Below are positions 37,406 through 51,165 of a stretch of 64,000 bases of DNA, piece after piece. The first letter of the stretch is position 1. Every line of letters begins with the position of its first letter. A program made the position numbers and the translations under genes. The notes beneath the pieces are model-generated. The model worked only from the letters and a program-made list of their open reading frames with translations. It had not been told where the DNA came from and ran no database searches. Source of the stretch: Eledone cirrhosa (lineage: Eukaryota); contig OZ024747.1 of the NCBI GenBank assembly GCA_964016885.1, positions 38,812,001-38,876,000 on the forward strand. The letters run 5' to 3'.

Positions 37406-37536
37406 ATGTGTGTATATATGTATATATGTGTATTTGTATGTATGTGTACGTGTGTATGTATGTGTGTGTATGTATGCATATATATATATATGTATGTATG
37501 TATATATATATATATATATGTATATATATGTGTGTG

Positions 37537-37567
<31 letters not shown>

Positions 37568-37710
37568 GTGTGTGTGTATGTGTGTATATATATGTGTGTA
37601 TATATATGTGTATTTGTATGTGTCTGTGTTTGTGTATGTGTGTATGTATGTATATATGTGTGTATATGTGTGTGTATGTGTGTGTATATATATATATATG
37701 TGTATATGTA

Positions 37711-37751
<41 letters not shown>

Positions 37752-37778
37752 GTGTATATATATATGTATGTGTATGTA

Positions 37779-37809
<31 letters not shown>

Positions 37810-37905
37810 GTGCGTGAGAGAGAGAGTGTGTATATATATTTTGTGTGTGGGTGTATGTATGTGTGTATGCGCGTGTGTGTATATATATGTATATGTGTAT
37901 GTGTA

Positions 37906-37940
<35 letters not shown>

Positions 37941-37957
37941 GTGTGTATATACATGTA

Positions 37958-37996
<39 letters not shown>

Positions 37997-38154
37997 ATGT
38001 ATGTGTATATGTATGTGTGTGTGTGTATATGCGCATTATATGTCTGTATATATATTTTTGTATATTTATGTATAGGTCTGTGTATGTATGTGTATGTTTG
38101 TATATGTATGGATATATATATATGTGTATATATATATTTATATATATATGTGTG

Positions 38155-38203
<49 letters not shown>

Positions 38204-38218
38204 ATGTATATGTGTATA

Positions 38219-38289
<71 letters not shown>

Positions 38290-38320
38290 GTATATATGTG
38301 TGTATGTGTTTATATATATG

Positions 38321-38385
<65 letters not shown>

Positions 38386-39949
38386 TTATAAGTTTGAATA
38401 ACTTTGAAATGTTTTGGCCAGTATTGGCCCAGGCCATGTCTAACTTAATAGCACCACCTGGCGAAGTCTTTCAATTCAGGATTTGGGCACCATGGCCCAT
38501 TCGAGAAGAGAATTACTGTTTGCGGAGACATATCCGGGTGTGGGTGGTTTGTCCGGGATTACTTGGAGGAATTTGTCCAAAGACTTCTTGAATTTTGTGT
38601 GGTCAGTTTCTGTTTTGACGTGTCCTGGTGTGATGTTGAAGAGAGCAGGGCCGATTGAGGTGAAATAATTGTGCCGTATTGTTGTTATGAGTTGCGATCT
38701 AGATTTTTGAATGGGACGGATAGCACGGGGCCCAAGCCTTGGGTGTATCTTGAAGGCGATGCCAACATCATTTGGGCAGTGATGATGGAACATTTTCCAC
38801 ATCATGCAGATAATATAACGCTCACGGCGACGTTGGAGTGAGTAAAGTTTCAGGTTTTCCAATCGACCCCAGTAGTCAAGGTCTGACATGCCATCTATCT
38901 TTTTCGTGATTGCCCTTTGAGGAGCTTCAAGTTTCATGATACTTTGTTTCGTGTGGGGAGACCACAGTGGACAACAGTATTCAAGGTGTGGTCGGGCGAA
39001 AGTAGAGAAGAGAAGGATAATGGTGCGGGAATCTCTCGACTGGAAGGTTCTGAGGATCCAGGAACACATTCTGCGGGCCATGTCAACTTTGCTGCTTATA
39101 TGCGTGGTCCAGCTTATGTTGCTGTCCACGGTTACTCCCAAGTCTCTGATGTTGTTAGATGCCACGAGAGTTTCCCCGGAGGGAAGGGAGTACGGGAGTT
39201 TCAGAGCATCCTCTTTTCCAAAGTGGATCAGTTCGAATTTGTCTTCGTTCAGTAACATGTTGTTCTTTTCTGCCCATTGGGTAACAGCCAGTAGGTCTGA
39301 CTGAAGGCTTATCCGGTCATCCACGCCATTGATGACCTTTTGGAGCTTGGAATCATCAGCGAAAATTTTAATGTTGCTGTGTTTGATGATGTCAGTGATG
39401 TCATTAATATAGATGATGAAGAGAAGTGGGCCCAACACAGTGCCTTGTGGGACTCCACTACTGACTTTGGCTGGGCTTGATTTGACTCCCTCAACTACAA
39501 CATGTTGGGTTCTGTTTGACAGGAAGCTCTTGATCCACTGCAGCAGCTTTCCAGTGACACCAATATTGGACAGCTTTCTCAGTAGAATGTTATGATCAAC
39601 CCTGTCAAAGGCCTTGCTGAAATCAAGGTAGATAACATCAGTTTTGGAACCCTCTCCCAAGGGTCTCAAAATGTCATCAAAGTGATGCAGTAGTTGCGTC
39701 AGGCAATCCCTTCCATTACGGAATCCATGCTGGTTGGAGTTCAGCATATTGTTACTCTCAAGGAAGTGGGTCATTCGCGATCTCACCACTCGCTCAAATA
39801 CCTTAATGATATATATATGTGTGTGTGTGTATGTGTGTATAAATATTTATACATATGTATACTCGTGTTTGTATGTATGCGTGTGAGTGTATTTACTTGT
39901 GTATATATGTATGTGTGTGTGTGTATGTATGTGTATGTGTGTGTGTATC

Positions 39950-40008
<59 letters not shown>

Positions 40009-40033
40009 ATCTGTGTATATGTATATATGTATG

Positions 40034-40080
<47 letters not shown>

Positions 40081-40250
40081 ATATGTATTGTATATGTATG
40101 TATGTATGTATGTGTGTATGTATGTGCGTGTACATGAATATATATTTATATATATTTATATATTTTTTATATATGTGTGTGTGTTTTTATGTGTGTATAT
40201 GTGTTTGTGTGTGTGTTTATGGTTGCGCATAAGTGTGTGAGTGAGTATGT
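36720..40250. repeat. Composite (TA)/(TG)/(TATG) microsatellite forming part of the PLE 3' UTR/pLTR (interrupted by a LINE)
   Basis: The same ordered landmarks recur at 32253-33720 (direct) and 21390-24292 plus 30005-30115 (inverted). Confidence 0.9.
38389..39810 (-). mobile_element. 5'-truncated CR1/Jockey-group LINE (RT domain open, 38476-39789) nested in (TA)n
   Basis: NQHGFR, YLDFSKAFDRVDH, SGVPQGTVLGPLLF, FADDSKL, RDLGV, RPHLEYC..WSP, YSLQRRRER. Confidence 0.9.
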
Positions 40251-40749
40251 GTTTTTTTGTTTTTTTGTTTTTTTGTTTTTTTGTGAATGTGTCTGTTGAT
40301 TTTTGGCATATTGTTGATTAGTTTAAGAGAAGTTCGAAGATAATAGTAAGATATGCACTCAGTATTTTGAATCTGTCTGCAGAATTCTCTAGACCTTTGT
40401 CACTTAGTAGAACCTTAATGACTTTAGCTTTTAAAGAATCTCCCTTTTCTTTAATTCTATCGACCATGACTGACCCCCCACTGACTTTATAGACATATGT
40501 TAGCTTAAGAGAAACTTATTGACAAGGAATGGTATGCCATCCGGAACCTGTTTATAGAATTCTGTCTGCCTTTGTTACTCTAAAAACATAAATAAATATA
40601 AATAAAAATAAAAATAAACTATAGCCTTGTAGAATTAGCTTTTAATGAATTCCCTTTTCTATCAACCAATGACCTGCACCCATCCCACTCCCCACCCTCT
40701 CCTACCACTTGTAGAGACCTATAAATACCATATTTATTTTTTGATACCC

Positions 40750-40800
40750 AGATTCCTGATGATTTCTAATGAATGAAACAGTTCTAGTCCTGTAGAATCT
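40750..40800 (+). ncRNA. Hammerhead ribozyme of the PLE 3' pLTR
   Basis: Identical to 34223-34273. Confidence 0.82.
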
Positions 40801-40882
40801 CTTCTATATTAAAACTGTTATACTCTGCCATGTATTGAGTACCTTACTTACTGTGGTTACCTCCGATTCAACCCGGAATAAC

Positions 40883-40930
<48 letters not shown>

Positions 40931-42469
40931 TTTTTAACGCTAAATAGTGACTCCTGTTATTTTGTATTCTCGCGTGTTTATCATAGTCTCATCATACTAA
41001 CTTCACCACCGACACCAAGCGTTCACCCGCACACATTGATCTTGTATAATACCATAAACATGCACCTCTACACAACAGTAACTCATACCCGCAATAGTCT
41101 ATGAGTCTGAAACGAATACCGCAAATCATTCTATCCGACGTTCTAACAACCCTGTCAAGTCGCCACCCTATGCTGTAGCCTGTAGCACAATATACATTCA
41201 GTTAAACGATGTACGACATGGTTTACAATCAATGTCAAAACAATAGTTAAATAATTCGTCTAAGTTTGTATATTTGAAATGTTATGTGAAATTCGTATTT
41301 CTATTCAGCACACAAGACAAGCTTTTTAAATACTTGCTTTGGATTTAATGTTTCATTTCCTCTTTATACGAATAACTGCTTCCACAATCATTTTCGCTAC
41401 ACAATGTCACTATGTCTTGCTTTCTGAAAATGTATTTGTAATATCTATAAGGTCATTATCGATATGTGCTATACATATAGATCAGAGAAATGATAGAAAT
41501 TACTTAAATGTATTACTTTTATATGCTGTTACTACTTCCAATAAGCAAAGCATGTAATTTCTTTCAATTGCCCATGCACAGTTCCTTCTTACGTTGGTGC
41601 CGGAATATTGGAAGAGACCAACATTATCAAAAATATATAATACCGGTTATATAACCATCGATGAACAATAAGTATACAGTCGATGCTGCAATACTATGGA
41701 TATAACAAATGATGGCCAGCAACAATTATGAAAGAATTTGACGAAAAGTTATGAATATATCTCCAAAACTAGATTTAACAATGCAACTAAAAAGAAAAAA
41801 AAGGAAAACAAAATAAAAACATAATATGAAAAATGACTATAGCCAAAATGAAACAAAACCTTTTTTGTTATTTCAAGTATGAAAATACAGTATTTATCCA
41901 AACATAAAAAGCTATATCATGAATGTATATAAGTAAGTAATGAAAGGAAATGATAAAATAACATCGGAAAATCTTTCTAAGACGAGGATCAAAGAATATA
42001 AAAAGATGATTGCCTAAAAATAAAACCAATACTTGAGAACGAAATGTATATTCCAAGATGAATTACCATAATTTTAATCAATGATTAGGAACCAAATATA
42101 TTTTAAAATGATGCCAACCTAGAAGTGTTCCTTATCATTAATATGTACTTAGCAAAATCCCTAAGGATTAGAATACCAATAAGAAGCTTCAAACAAGAAT
42201 ATATAACACCAAAGAAACAAATGATCAAATATGAAACAGTTTATCTGAAACACAAATATTGTAATGTTTATTGTTATTCCTGTTGATTTCTGGCACGAAC
42301 TTCAGCTAGCAACACGGCTTGCAAAGATGTAGGTGTATGTGTATCTGAATACGAACGTATATACATACATGCATATATGTACAAATACACATGCACATTT
42401 TCTTACATACATGGATACATACATATCTACAAACATATATACATCGTAAAAAATACATACATACATACA

Positions 42470-42625
42470 AGTACAAATCTTGAGAAGATGGGATTCACAG
42501 AAACAGAAATAACAGGACTAGTTAGATCAATCCATTAATGGAACAGTAGAAATATGTTAAACATTCAAAAGATTCTGCATCGAATAACTCCATTTACATA
42601 TGTACAGACACGAAACATATACACA
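42470..42625 (+). mobile_element. Short 3' fragment of the RLE-type LINE also seen at 44545-45000
   Basis: tacaaatcttgagaag..ggattcacag.aacaga.. matches 44649-44810. Confidence 0.65.
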
Positions 42626-42719
42626 TCTTCTTGTGATGCTAAACTCCGCCAGTTGCAGACAGCGCATCGACATGGGATATTCTTCTACACAAAGTTCGAT
42701 CACCAGTAGCAAATTTTAA

Positions 42720-44050
42720 AGAGCAAAGATCAAGTCCAGTCCATAAGTAGACATTTTCAAGCCATCGTTTTGGCTACCGGCCTCTGCTTCGCTTACCAGC
42801 CAGCATTCCTTCCAGGCATTACCTACTCACACAACGAGTTGATCTTTTTATATGACCGTATAGTTTGAGTACTCTTGACTTGACAATTGATGTAATTAGT
42901 CTAAGTTTGGTAATTTTGAGCAGCTCACTGATACAGATACGATCGCTGAGCTGCTTGCCAGTGATGAGTCTCATGGTGTGGTTCTGGAATAAAGAGAACT
43001 TCTGAAGTGACCTTGTCGTCCAATTAACACAATCAGACCACATAACAAAACTGGTTGGATGTAAATATCAAAGATCTTACCCTTCAAATGATAGAAAACT
43101 CGTTTTGATATTAGTACTTCCTTGTTCTTGTTGAAAGCTGCCCAACCTAGAATGATGCGATACTGCGCAGCAACCATTCCATTGCTGTTTGGTGATAGTT
43201 TGTGACTGAGATATACAAACTCTGTAACTTGAGCAATTTGCTGATTGTAGATTGTGAGCTGAAGATTGGCATTGCTTTTATCAGTTGTCATATACTTTGT
43301 TTTGGAGATGCTAATGCGTAAGTCAGCCTCCAGTGAATGTTTGGCCAGGACATTCAGAAAATCTTGCAGATCAGTTCTAGAGTAACTCATGATGGCCAGA
43401 TCATCTGCATAGCTAAGATTTGATAGGATTTCACTTCCTATTTGATAGCCAGAGGAGCATTCTTCTTCAGTTTAGTAGATAAGTGCAGCTATATCTATAC
43501 ATAAAAAAAGTTCTGATAGCACATCCTTAAATTCCTTCAAGATGAGTATACAGCGTGTAGTTCCCAAATCTGTTTTGATATATGCTGTTGAGTTGTTGTA
43601 AGTTTCTTTCAGTAGGTTGATGTATTTTTTGTTAATTGAGGTCTTGTTTAAGAGTTTCCACAAGCTGTGTAGTTTCACGTTGTCAAAAGCTTTTGTGAAG
43701 GCAATGAAGGTGATGTGCACGGGTTGTTGAATAGTATTGATTTCTGAATGATGTGTTTAATAGCTAGGATCTGCTCAATTATGACTCTTCCAGGTTGATA
43801 CACAGCTTGTGTTTCAGGAAATGAGACGTAAAGTTCTGACTTCACTCGAGTTGCAATGATACTCAAGAAAATCTTGTAAACGTGACTCAATAGGCTGATA
43901 GGACGATAGTCCCCACAATCATGACTACTAACTTTTTTTGTAGAGTACAATTATCAATGCTTTCTTGAACATGTCTGGGCCTTTTCCTGTAGTGATAATA
44001 CAATTAAAGAGATGTTGAAGTGTTTTAATATTTGGTTCACCTCCAACTGT
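42720..44050 (-). pseudogene. Degenerate RTE-clade LINE RT fragment
   Basis: Broken frames with DYRPISLLSHVYKIF, FIAFTKAFDNV, NLSYADDLAI (manual, ~43390-43425), LKLYGHIKR. Confidence 0.82.
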
Positions 44051-44309
44051 GATGGTTATATCATGCTGCAATGAAGAAAGTAAAGACTAAACTAAGAAAC
44101 CTTAGCTGGGGCAGCAAAGATTCAAAGATACCATCCTTACTTCCAACGATGATATCCTTGAACGCTGGGCTAAATTCTAAGTGTACTTCACCAACTCAGA
44201 ACAAACAACCATTCAGGATCCGGCATTAGATTCCATTCCATCTATCTTAGCTAGCGAGATATTCATGTCATCAAAAATTTGAAGCGAGGAAAAAGCCCTT
44301 GGCTGAACA

Positions 44310-45000
44310 ACATATACTCAGAATTCATATACACATGCCCACATATAACTCAAAACATACAATAGCATCCATACCTGCACGTACATGTACGCATGCAGAC
44401 ATGCATACATATCTACCTCGTTGATGATGTGTAAATTCCAATGAGAGACACTTGTAACTATGTTAGAAAACGACTCTCTCTATCTCTCTATTGGTAAAAC
44501 TTTGTGAAATTATAAAACCAGAAGAACATACATACATACATACATATGCAGAACTGATGAGAATTCTGCAGATACTCCACCTTGATTACACCTTCAGATT
44601 CATGCCTGTGATTATTGGGGCACTGGGATATGTTAGTAACTGCCCCAATACAAATCTTGAGAAGCTAGGATTCACAGGAACAGAAAGAGCACAACTGGTT
44701 AGGAAATTACAAGTACAATCCATTAAGGGAACAGTAAAAATATGTAAAACATTGCAAACATTTTGCATCTAATAACTGCATATACACATGTACAGATACA
44801 AAGCATATACATATGCACACATACAACTCTAAACATCCACACATACAATAACATACATATCTACACATGCATACATACATAATCTACCTAGTTGATGTTG
44901 TGTAAATTCCAATGAGAGTCTTGTGTCTATGTTAGAAACTGACTCTCTCTCTATTGGTAAAACTTTGTGAAATTATAAAACCAAAAGAACATACATACAT
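44310..45000 (+). mobile_element. 3' end of an RLE (R4/Dong-like) LINE with duplicated 3' UTR
   Basis: YAELMR..FMPVIIGALGYV C-terminal RLE-type motif; ~44400-44545 is repeated at ~44865-45000. Confidence 0.6.
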
Positions 45001-45303
45001 ACACCAGGAAGGTGGCCGGTCAAAAATATTCTCGAAATTAAGAGAAAGAGACACACATACATTTCGCTTGCCAGTCCTTATTACTCAATGACAATATTCG
45101 TATTAGAATATTCTAATTCGTCATTCATTTCCTCCAATTATCAAGAACATTTCTCCCATATTGCAAACTATTTTCTACAACTTAAGTGCCAGCTTCATGA
45201 TGTGCTTCTCAGTGCACTACAATAAGCAAATGAATGGGTTAGGATCGGTTTCTAATCGATTTGGTGAAACATATACTCTACCAAAAATTAACTAGATATA
45301 AAT

Positions 45304-45495
45304 AACTGTTTCTACGTTTGGCACAAGGCCAGAAATTATCCCAGTGTATTACTGGTGCTTTAGTTTATCGAATCCGTAAAGATGAAAAGCAAAGTTAACC
45401 TCGGCGGGATTTGAACTCAGGTCATAAAGGGCCGTAACTCTTTGCTGCGAAGCATGGCGTCCGACCCTCTACCGATACTGCCATTAATACCGCCC
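45304..45495 (-). mobile_element. tRNA-derived SINE
   Basis: Full-length reverse complement of the consensus. Confidence 0.88.
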
Positions 45496-48400
45496 TAGCT
45501 ATTAATAACAACGGCCAACCACTCTATTTCCAGATTTCGAGTTAGCTCTAATATATATATAACAGAGTTTTGTAGCTTGGTTGAAGCATTTTTGAATAGG
45601 AAACACAAATTTAAATAATTTTGAGTACGAAACAATACATTAAGAATAACTTTAACAAAAGAATCTTACCTTAGCAAATTTAATGATTCCAAATATGTTC
45701 GGGTTTAAAAACCCCAAAATATATGGGGTCATTAAATTTGTAATCATTACAGCATATTTCGATATGCTGTAATGATTACAGCCTAATATGTTATGCTGTA
45801 ATCATTACACGTCGGATTTTTATTTTGTCCTATACTGCCAACTCCCACTCTGAATTTCTGAATACTGTGATAATGGGGGAGGGGGAGATGTAGATGTAAG
45901 TGTTTGACCGGGAACTCAAAGTTGAGTATTCGATGTGGAAGCATTCAACTTGTATGCAACAAAGGGAAAACGGTCTCAAGAATACTCCCTGGAAATGGAT
46001 CGTGATGCAGTCCGCATCAAAAGCCGAAACCTTCAGCTTGGCAAAACTAGTAGCTTCGATATGACAATAACACGACTCGACTTATTCATCGCCGCTCATC
46101 AATGATTTCTAGGCAAAAATAGGGTGTTCATTCATCTGCCAGCATCTCTGCTCTGCAGATGCGGCAACTTCTGACTACTGTCTTTTTCCTATATATACAG
46201 ATACAATTGACAGGCTTCCACATTGTGAGAGGAGAGGAGATCATGTGGGCAACGACGGCATAGCAAAGAGATAATACTGAAGAAACGTTTTTCACTTGTT
46301 TCGCACAGTGGCAGGATCGGTAATTCGAAGGGGATAAGTAATTCATTCCCAACAAGTAGATATTTCTCCTAATCGAAGGTTTTATACCATGTCAACAGAC
46401 ATCGTAAGCATACACCCCCGCCCCCCAACACACACACATATACACACACACACGCGCACACACACACATATAAATATATGTTACTGTGTGTTTATGTGTG
46501 CATCTGCGTGCATCTTCGTCCAGCTAGATTCCATAGCGTTATGGTGTATAGATATAACCTTACCGAGCATTATGCCTCTGAAAATTTCTAAAATATCTGT
46601 GTTTTTTCTTGTGCCTCAAGAGTCAGCCACTAAACTCGATGAAGCATATTCATTCCGCATCAGCTATAGATACCTGAACAAATATCATGTTTATGAAAGA
46701 TCTAATCCAGTATAACTTCCAAATACACCTGATCTATTGAACGGACATCAATAGAATATACCTCATAGCTTTATAGCTAATCTGTTCATGTTGATTCTAA
46801 CGTGGGAGCAAACAACGTTAAACATCAAAGACTATTTTAAACATTACATTATTCAGATGTATTGTAGTGAATGATATCATGCATCTAAACATAATGCTAT
46901 CGTCAGACCATCATATATAACACTATTTTCCTCGTTTGGATTTGCAATTTGGAAAGAGACATTAAGGAAGATATACTTTAATCTTATTCTTTTAATCTTG
47001 TTCTTTATTTACAAGCATTCTCATTATCAGATTACATGCTACGGCCAGATTTAAAAATAAACATTGCTTTAGAACTCGTCTTCTATATCAACGTAAAGTC
47101 AATTAGGATTCAGTTTCCACTCAATCTCATTCCACATCTTCTGAAGCTACAACTTCCTTGTATCACCTGATTGTCTCTAGTACAAGTAGGACATTATATA
47201 TGGCTCCTTCGATACCTCTAATACAGAAGATATTGTCACAATTTATACGCCTTTAATCATAGCTGTACTCGATCGATCCCAATGTGGCGATAAACAGCAT
47301 CAGAAACAACTAAGAGTATTTCGGCATGGTATTAAATTTAATAAGTTTGGGGGGCAAGTCCTATTAGGCAGCTTCTGATCAACGTAATTCCAGCATTGCT
47401 CTTACTGTTATTTTGAGTATCCAAGCCTACATTACCAATGCGTATTTGCTTTGTTATGATATTGTAAGAGAATAACGCTTGTTCTTTGGAAATTTGGGTC
47501 TAGTTGTCGCAGAACGCGTAATTGCATGTTGTACTACGCAAAACAATGATTAACATATTTAAAACCTGACAATTGACCTTTTGTTGAAATATAGGATATA
47601 TATATCATTATCTTAAGTAATGCTTCCACATTCTTGAAGACGATAATATGTTATTTGATGGATATCTGTCAGCCATTTCTAGCAAGACCAGAGATGATGT
47701 ACAGATTTCCACGTCGTTTCCTTTACTGACTTAGTGATGGTTACTTTAACTTGCTAGGTATAGCTTATTAGTATCACGATCATTGTGGATTAAAATACAT
47801 TATTTTGATCGAGGGTAAGGCGTTATGTACTTAAAATGTATGTAAGGTGGAAATCACATCAACTTCATTTTTTTTATTAAATGTTGCACGCTGACGTGGA
47901 TTTACAGAAGAGGATAACGGATGGTATTTGTGCTGCCCAGGACTAAGCATCAACAGCTATATGAGCGAAAATTATTTCAACGCCGAAGATATATGTTTTT
48001 TTTTTAATATTGAGCAACCTATGATCTAATTCATTGTACTATAAATACATTTGGTAAACGGAAGACACCAATATCAATGTGTACTTTAGATTTTTGTCGG
48101 TAGTGTGTGATTGATTTTGATACTATGTTTACATAAGTTTTATAATTCATGGCTGTATGTTTCACACTTCCTACTACCAGTCTTTAAAATATATAAAGTA
48201 CGTGTTTCGTGACAACATTATTTTCCTTATTGTGTTGTATATCTACAGGTTTTCAGTAGGCGTTAAACTTCGATGTAGCCGTTAGTAGAGTTCAGTATCA
48301 GTTCCGGCTTGTTGCTATTTCGCTCTAATTATCTCCACTAATGACGTTTGGGAAATTATCAGAATCATATAGTAAACGTATACATGTTTTCTTTAGAAGT

Positions 48401-48734
48401 AAAACATGTAAAAATAAATAAGATAGGTGAGACAAAAACAAAAAAAAGAAAATAATTGTTTCCTTCAGTACACGAGGAAAGTTTACACTTCATTTTATTT
48501 TATTATATATTTGGAGGCAATATATTAAACGATAAAATTATTCCTTTCACCTTTAACGACATTTCCATAGGTGCATGCGTGAAACCAGCAAAATAATAAC
48601 ATTTCAACCAAAATAACAATGACAAATATCTACGCAGGTACAATCATTGGAGGACTATGTCAGAATTTAGAAGTAAATCTTTAGTGTGCAAATATTTCAA
48701 AATACAACAACAATATCAACAATAATAATAATAA

Positions 48735-48862
48735 TTATTATTTCTGCTATAGGCAAAAGTTGAAGGGGTGGGGAAAGTCGATTAAATTGACCCCAGATTG
48801 TTACTAGTGCTTTATTTATCGACTCCGTAAGGATGAAAGGCAAAGCTAACCTCGGCGGGAAT
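48735..48862 (-). mobile_element. Partial tRNA-derived SINE
   Basis: tttatcgactccgtaaggatgaaaggcaaagctaacctcggcggg. Confidence 0.8.
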
Positions 48863-50079
48863 TGTAAAGGGCCATCAATCTCTGTCGTGAAGTAGCCCAG
48901 TATTAAGCTACAGTCTTATTATGCCGAATTGAACACAAATAGTTCTAACAGTACTAGAAAAATACACAAATTACAAATAACAGCCTTTAGAATACGCATC
49001 CAAACATCGAATGTAGAAGGACTATACAACTATAAATTTATTATAAACTAACCACTGTAGGACTACAAAAATAACTGATGGAAAATAAATGAAAGTGTAA
49101 ACAAATATCCATGAAACATGATCAAAGTAAAAAAGAAAACCTTTTTTTTTTGTCTTCAGAGAAGCCAGAAAATCTAAATCAGAAGCTGATTTGACACATA
49201 TATTTTCAAGAAAATTATAAAAAGAATAATTAATAAAAGAAAAGGTGAACACTATAAAATGTAAATTGTAAACAGATTTCAAGAATGATGGCTAAAACAA
49301 GTCTACATATCTAATACCTGGCAAAGCTGAATAAGAGAAAAGGAAAAAAATAGATGTAACTATTATTGGCGATGAACTGTTGAACAAAATCCGTGACTGA
49401 AGGATTACTAAATGGAACATAACACAAAATCCTCTCCACCCGAAACCACCAACAGTATATAATGTGGCTCATCAGGGTATGCAGAGGTGTAGAATAAACA
49501 AACAACTACATGGTCTCTGGATATTCCGTCCTACCCGAATAATGAAGATATTGACAGACAAAATAAACAGCGTTGCGACATTTATTCTGAGTTCAGATTC
49601 TACCGAGGGTCAAACCTGGCTTTCCTCCTTCTGAGTCGATTAAATAAGGTATAGATGCTGATATAATAACGTTCTTCTCCCCAAAATTGTTGACTTTGTA
49701 CAGATTTTAGCAAACATAGTATTGTCGATAAAGTAAAGTATAAGTACAGATATCACGTTTTCCTTCCTGAAGAATTGCAGGAAATGCGATGTCTATGTGT
49801 TTCCACACTCGTAGATAATTATGTTTGGACGACTTTTTAATTTGGATGAATATATTCCGAACTTTTGTGCAATTTGGTAGTTGTTTATATAATTCCTTGT
49901 CCTTTTGCACGTCAGAATATTGGCATATTACCAAGTGGATATAGCTGCCAACTAGATCGTGTCTGTGTATATAATCAGGCTTGGCAAGAATTGGGCAGCG
50001 GGGGATGATGTAGCCAGCTATCTCAATGCGCTATTTGCACGTTCTGCATTTGGTGATATTGGACCATTTTCATTATTTA

Positions 50080-50300
50080 GTGGGCAGTGGACGGACAGTA
50101 TCGGTAGAGCGGACAACATGCTTTGCAATATAGAGTTAGGGCTCTTTTTATTTAGATTTCAAATCCCACCGAGGTTAGTTTTACTTTTCATCCTTACTGG
50201 GTCGATAAAATAAAGTACCAGTAACGCACTAGCGTCGATTTTATCAACTTTCTCCTCCCCAAAAAACATTATTGGCCTTGTGCCTAAATCAGAAAGCATT
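50080..50300 (+). mobile_element. tRNA-derived SINE (degenerate copy also at ~49520-49710)
   Basis: cagtatcggtagag..caaatcccaccgagg..tttcatccttactgggtcgataaaataaagtaccagt. Confidence 0.82.
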
Positions 50301-50969
50301 ACTTTGTTCTTCAACTTATTATTACACATGTTGTACTTTGTTTTCCTTAATTGATGATTTTTCATAAATATTTTCATTTTAACAATACGTTTTATATTTC
50401 GTAAGACCACAAGGTGATTTACTTTTTAATTCTTTATTTTCGTAGATTTGAGCTCTTAGTGGCATGGTAGCCGACAATAATGTTTCTGTTTATTTTTCTG
50501 ATTCATTTTAGTATTAATCTCAGAATTAGTTTTGTTGGGTTTTCTCGTTTACTCCGCTTGTTTCATATACATTTAATCAATCCCTGTTATTAATGAGTTT
50601 TATTTTATTGTTGCGTCCGTTACTTGTGTTACTACTATGCATTCTTTCTTAAACGCGGTCGATGCTCACTTCACTATTCTGCTGTGTTAATGAATGCTTG
50701 TTTTAAAATGTATCTTCTTAAGCCAGCTCAAAATATTTGTTTCTTAATACAGAGAATAATTCTATGACTATGTTGTTTCTCATCTTGTTTTTTGGAGTGG
50801 ATAGTTATATATGCTTTAACATGGACATAGCAGCCAATCCATCGTATCTATAGATTTCCTTGGATTTATTAAACAGCTACATCCCTCTATCAGATAGTCA
50901 TTTTGCCTTGTTGTACTGGTTGTATAATCTTCACCTACAGTTAGTATCTCGGTTCATCATTACAATTTG

Positions 50970-51165
50970 CGGTGGGCAGTGGATTGGGAGTATCGATAGA
51001 AGGTCTGACGCCATATTTTGCAGCAAGGAGTTACGGCCTTTTATGGTCTGAGTTCAAATCCCGCCGAGGTTGACTTTGCCTTTCATCCTTACGGGTCGAT
51101 AAAATAAAGTGCCAGTAATACACTGAGTAATTGCCGGCCTTATGCCAAAAGTAGGAACAATTATT
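50970..51165 (+). mobile_element. tRNA-derived SINE
   Basis: Full-length consensus match. Confidence 0.88.

Larger units (their letters stand above)
20823..40883 (+). mobile_element. Composite Penelope-like (Naiad-type) insertion: inverted partial copy (20823-32252) joined to a pLTR-ORF-pLTR copy (32253-40883), with four nested insertions
   Basis: The unique pLTR block occurs three times (20823-21390 inverted, ~33720-34340, ~40250-40883) and the ORF twice in opposite orientation. (TA)n lies at both outer ends. Confidence 0.92.
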
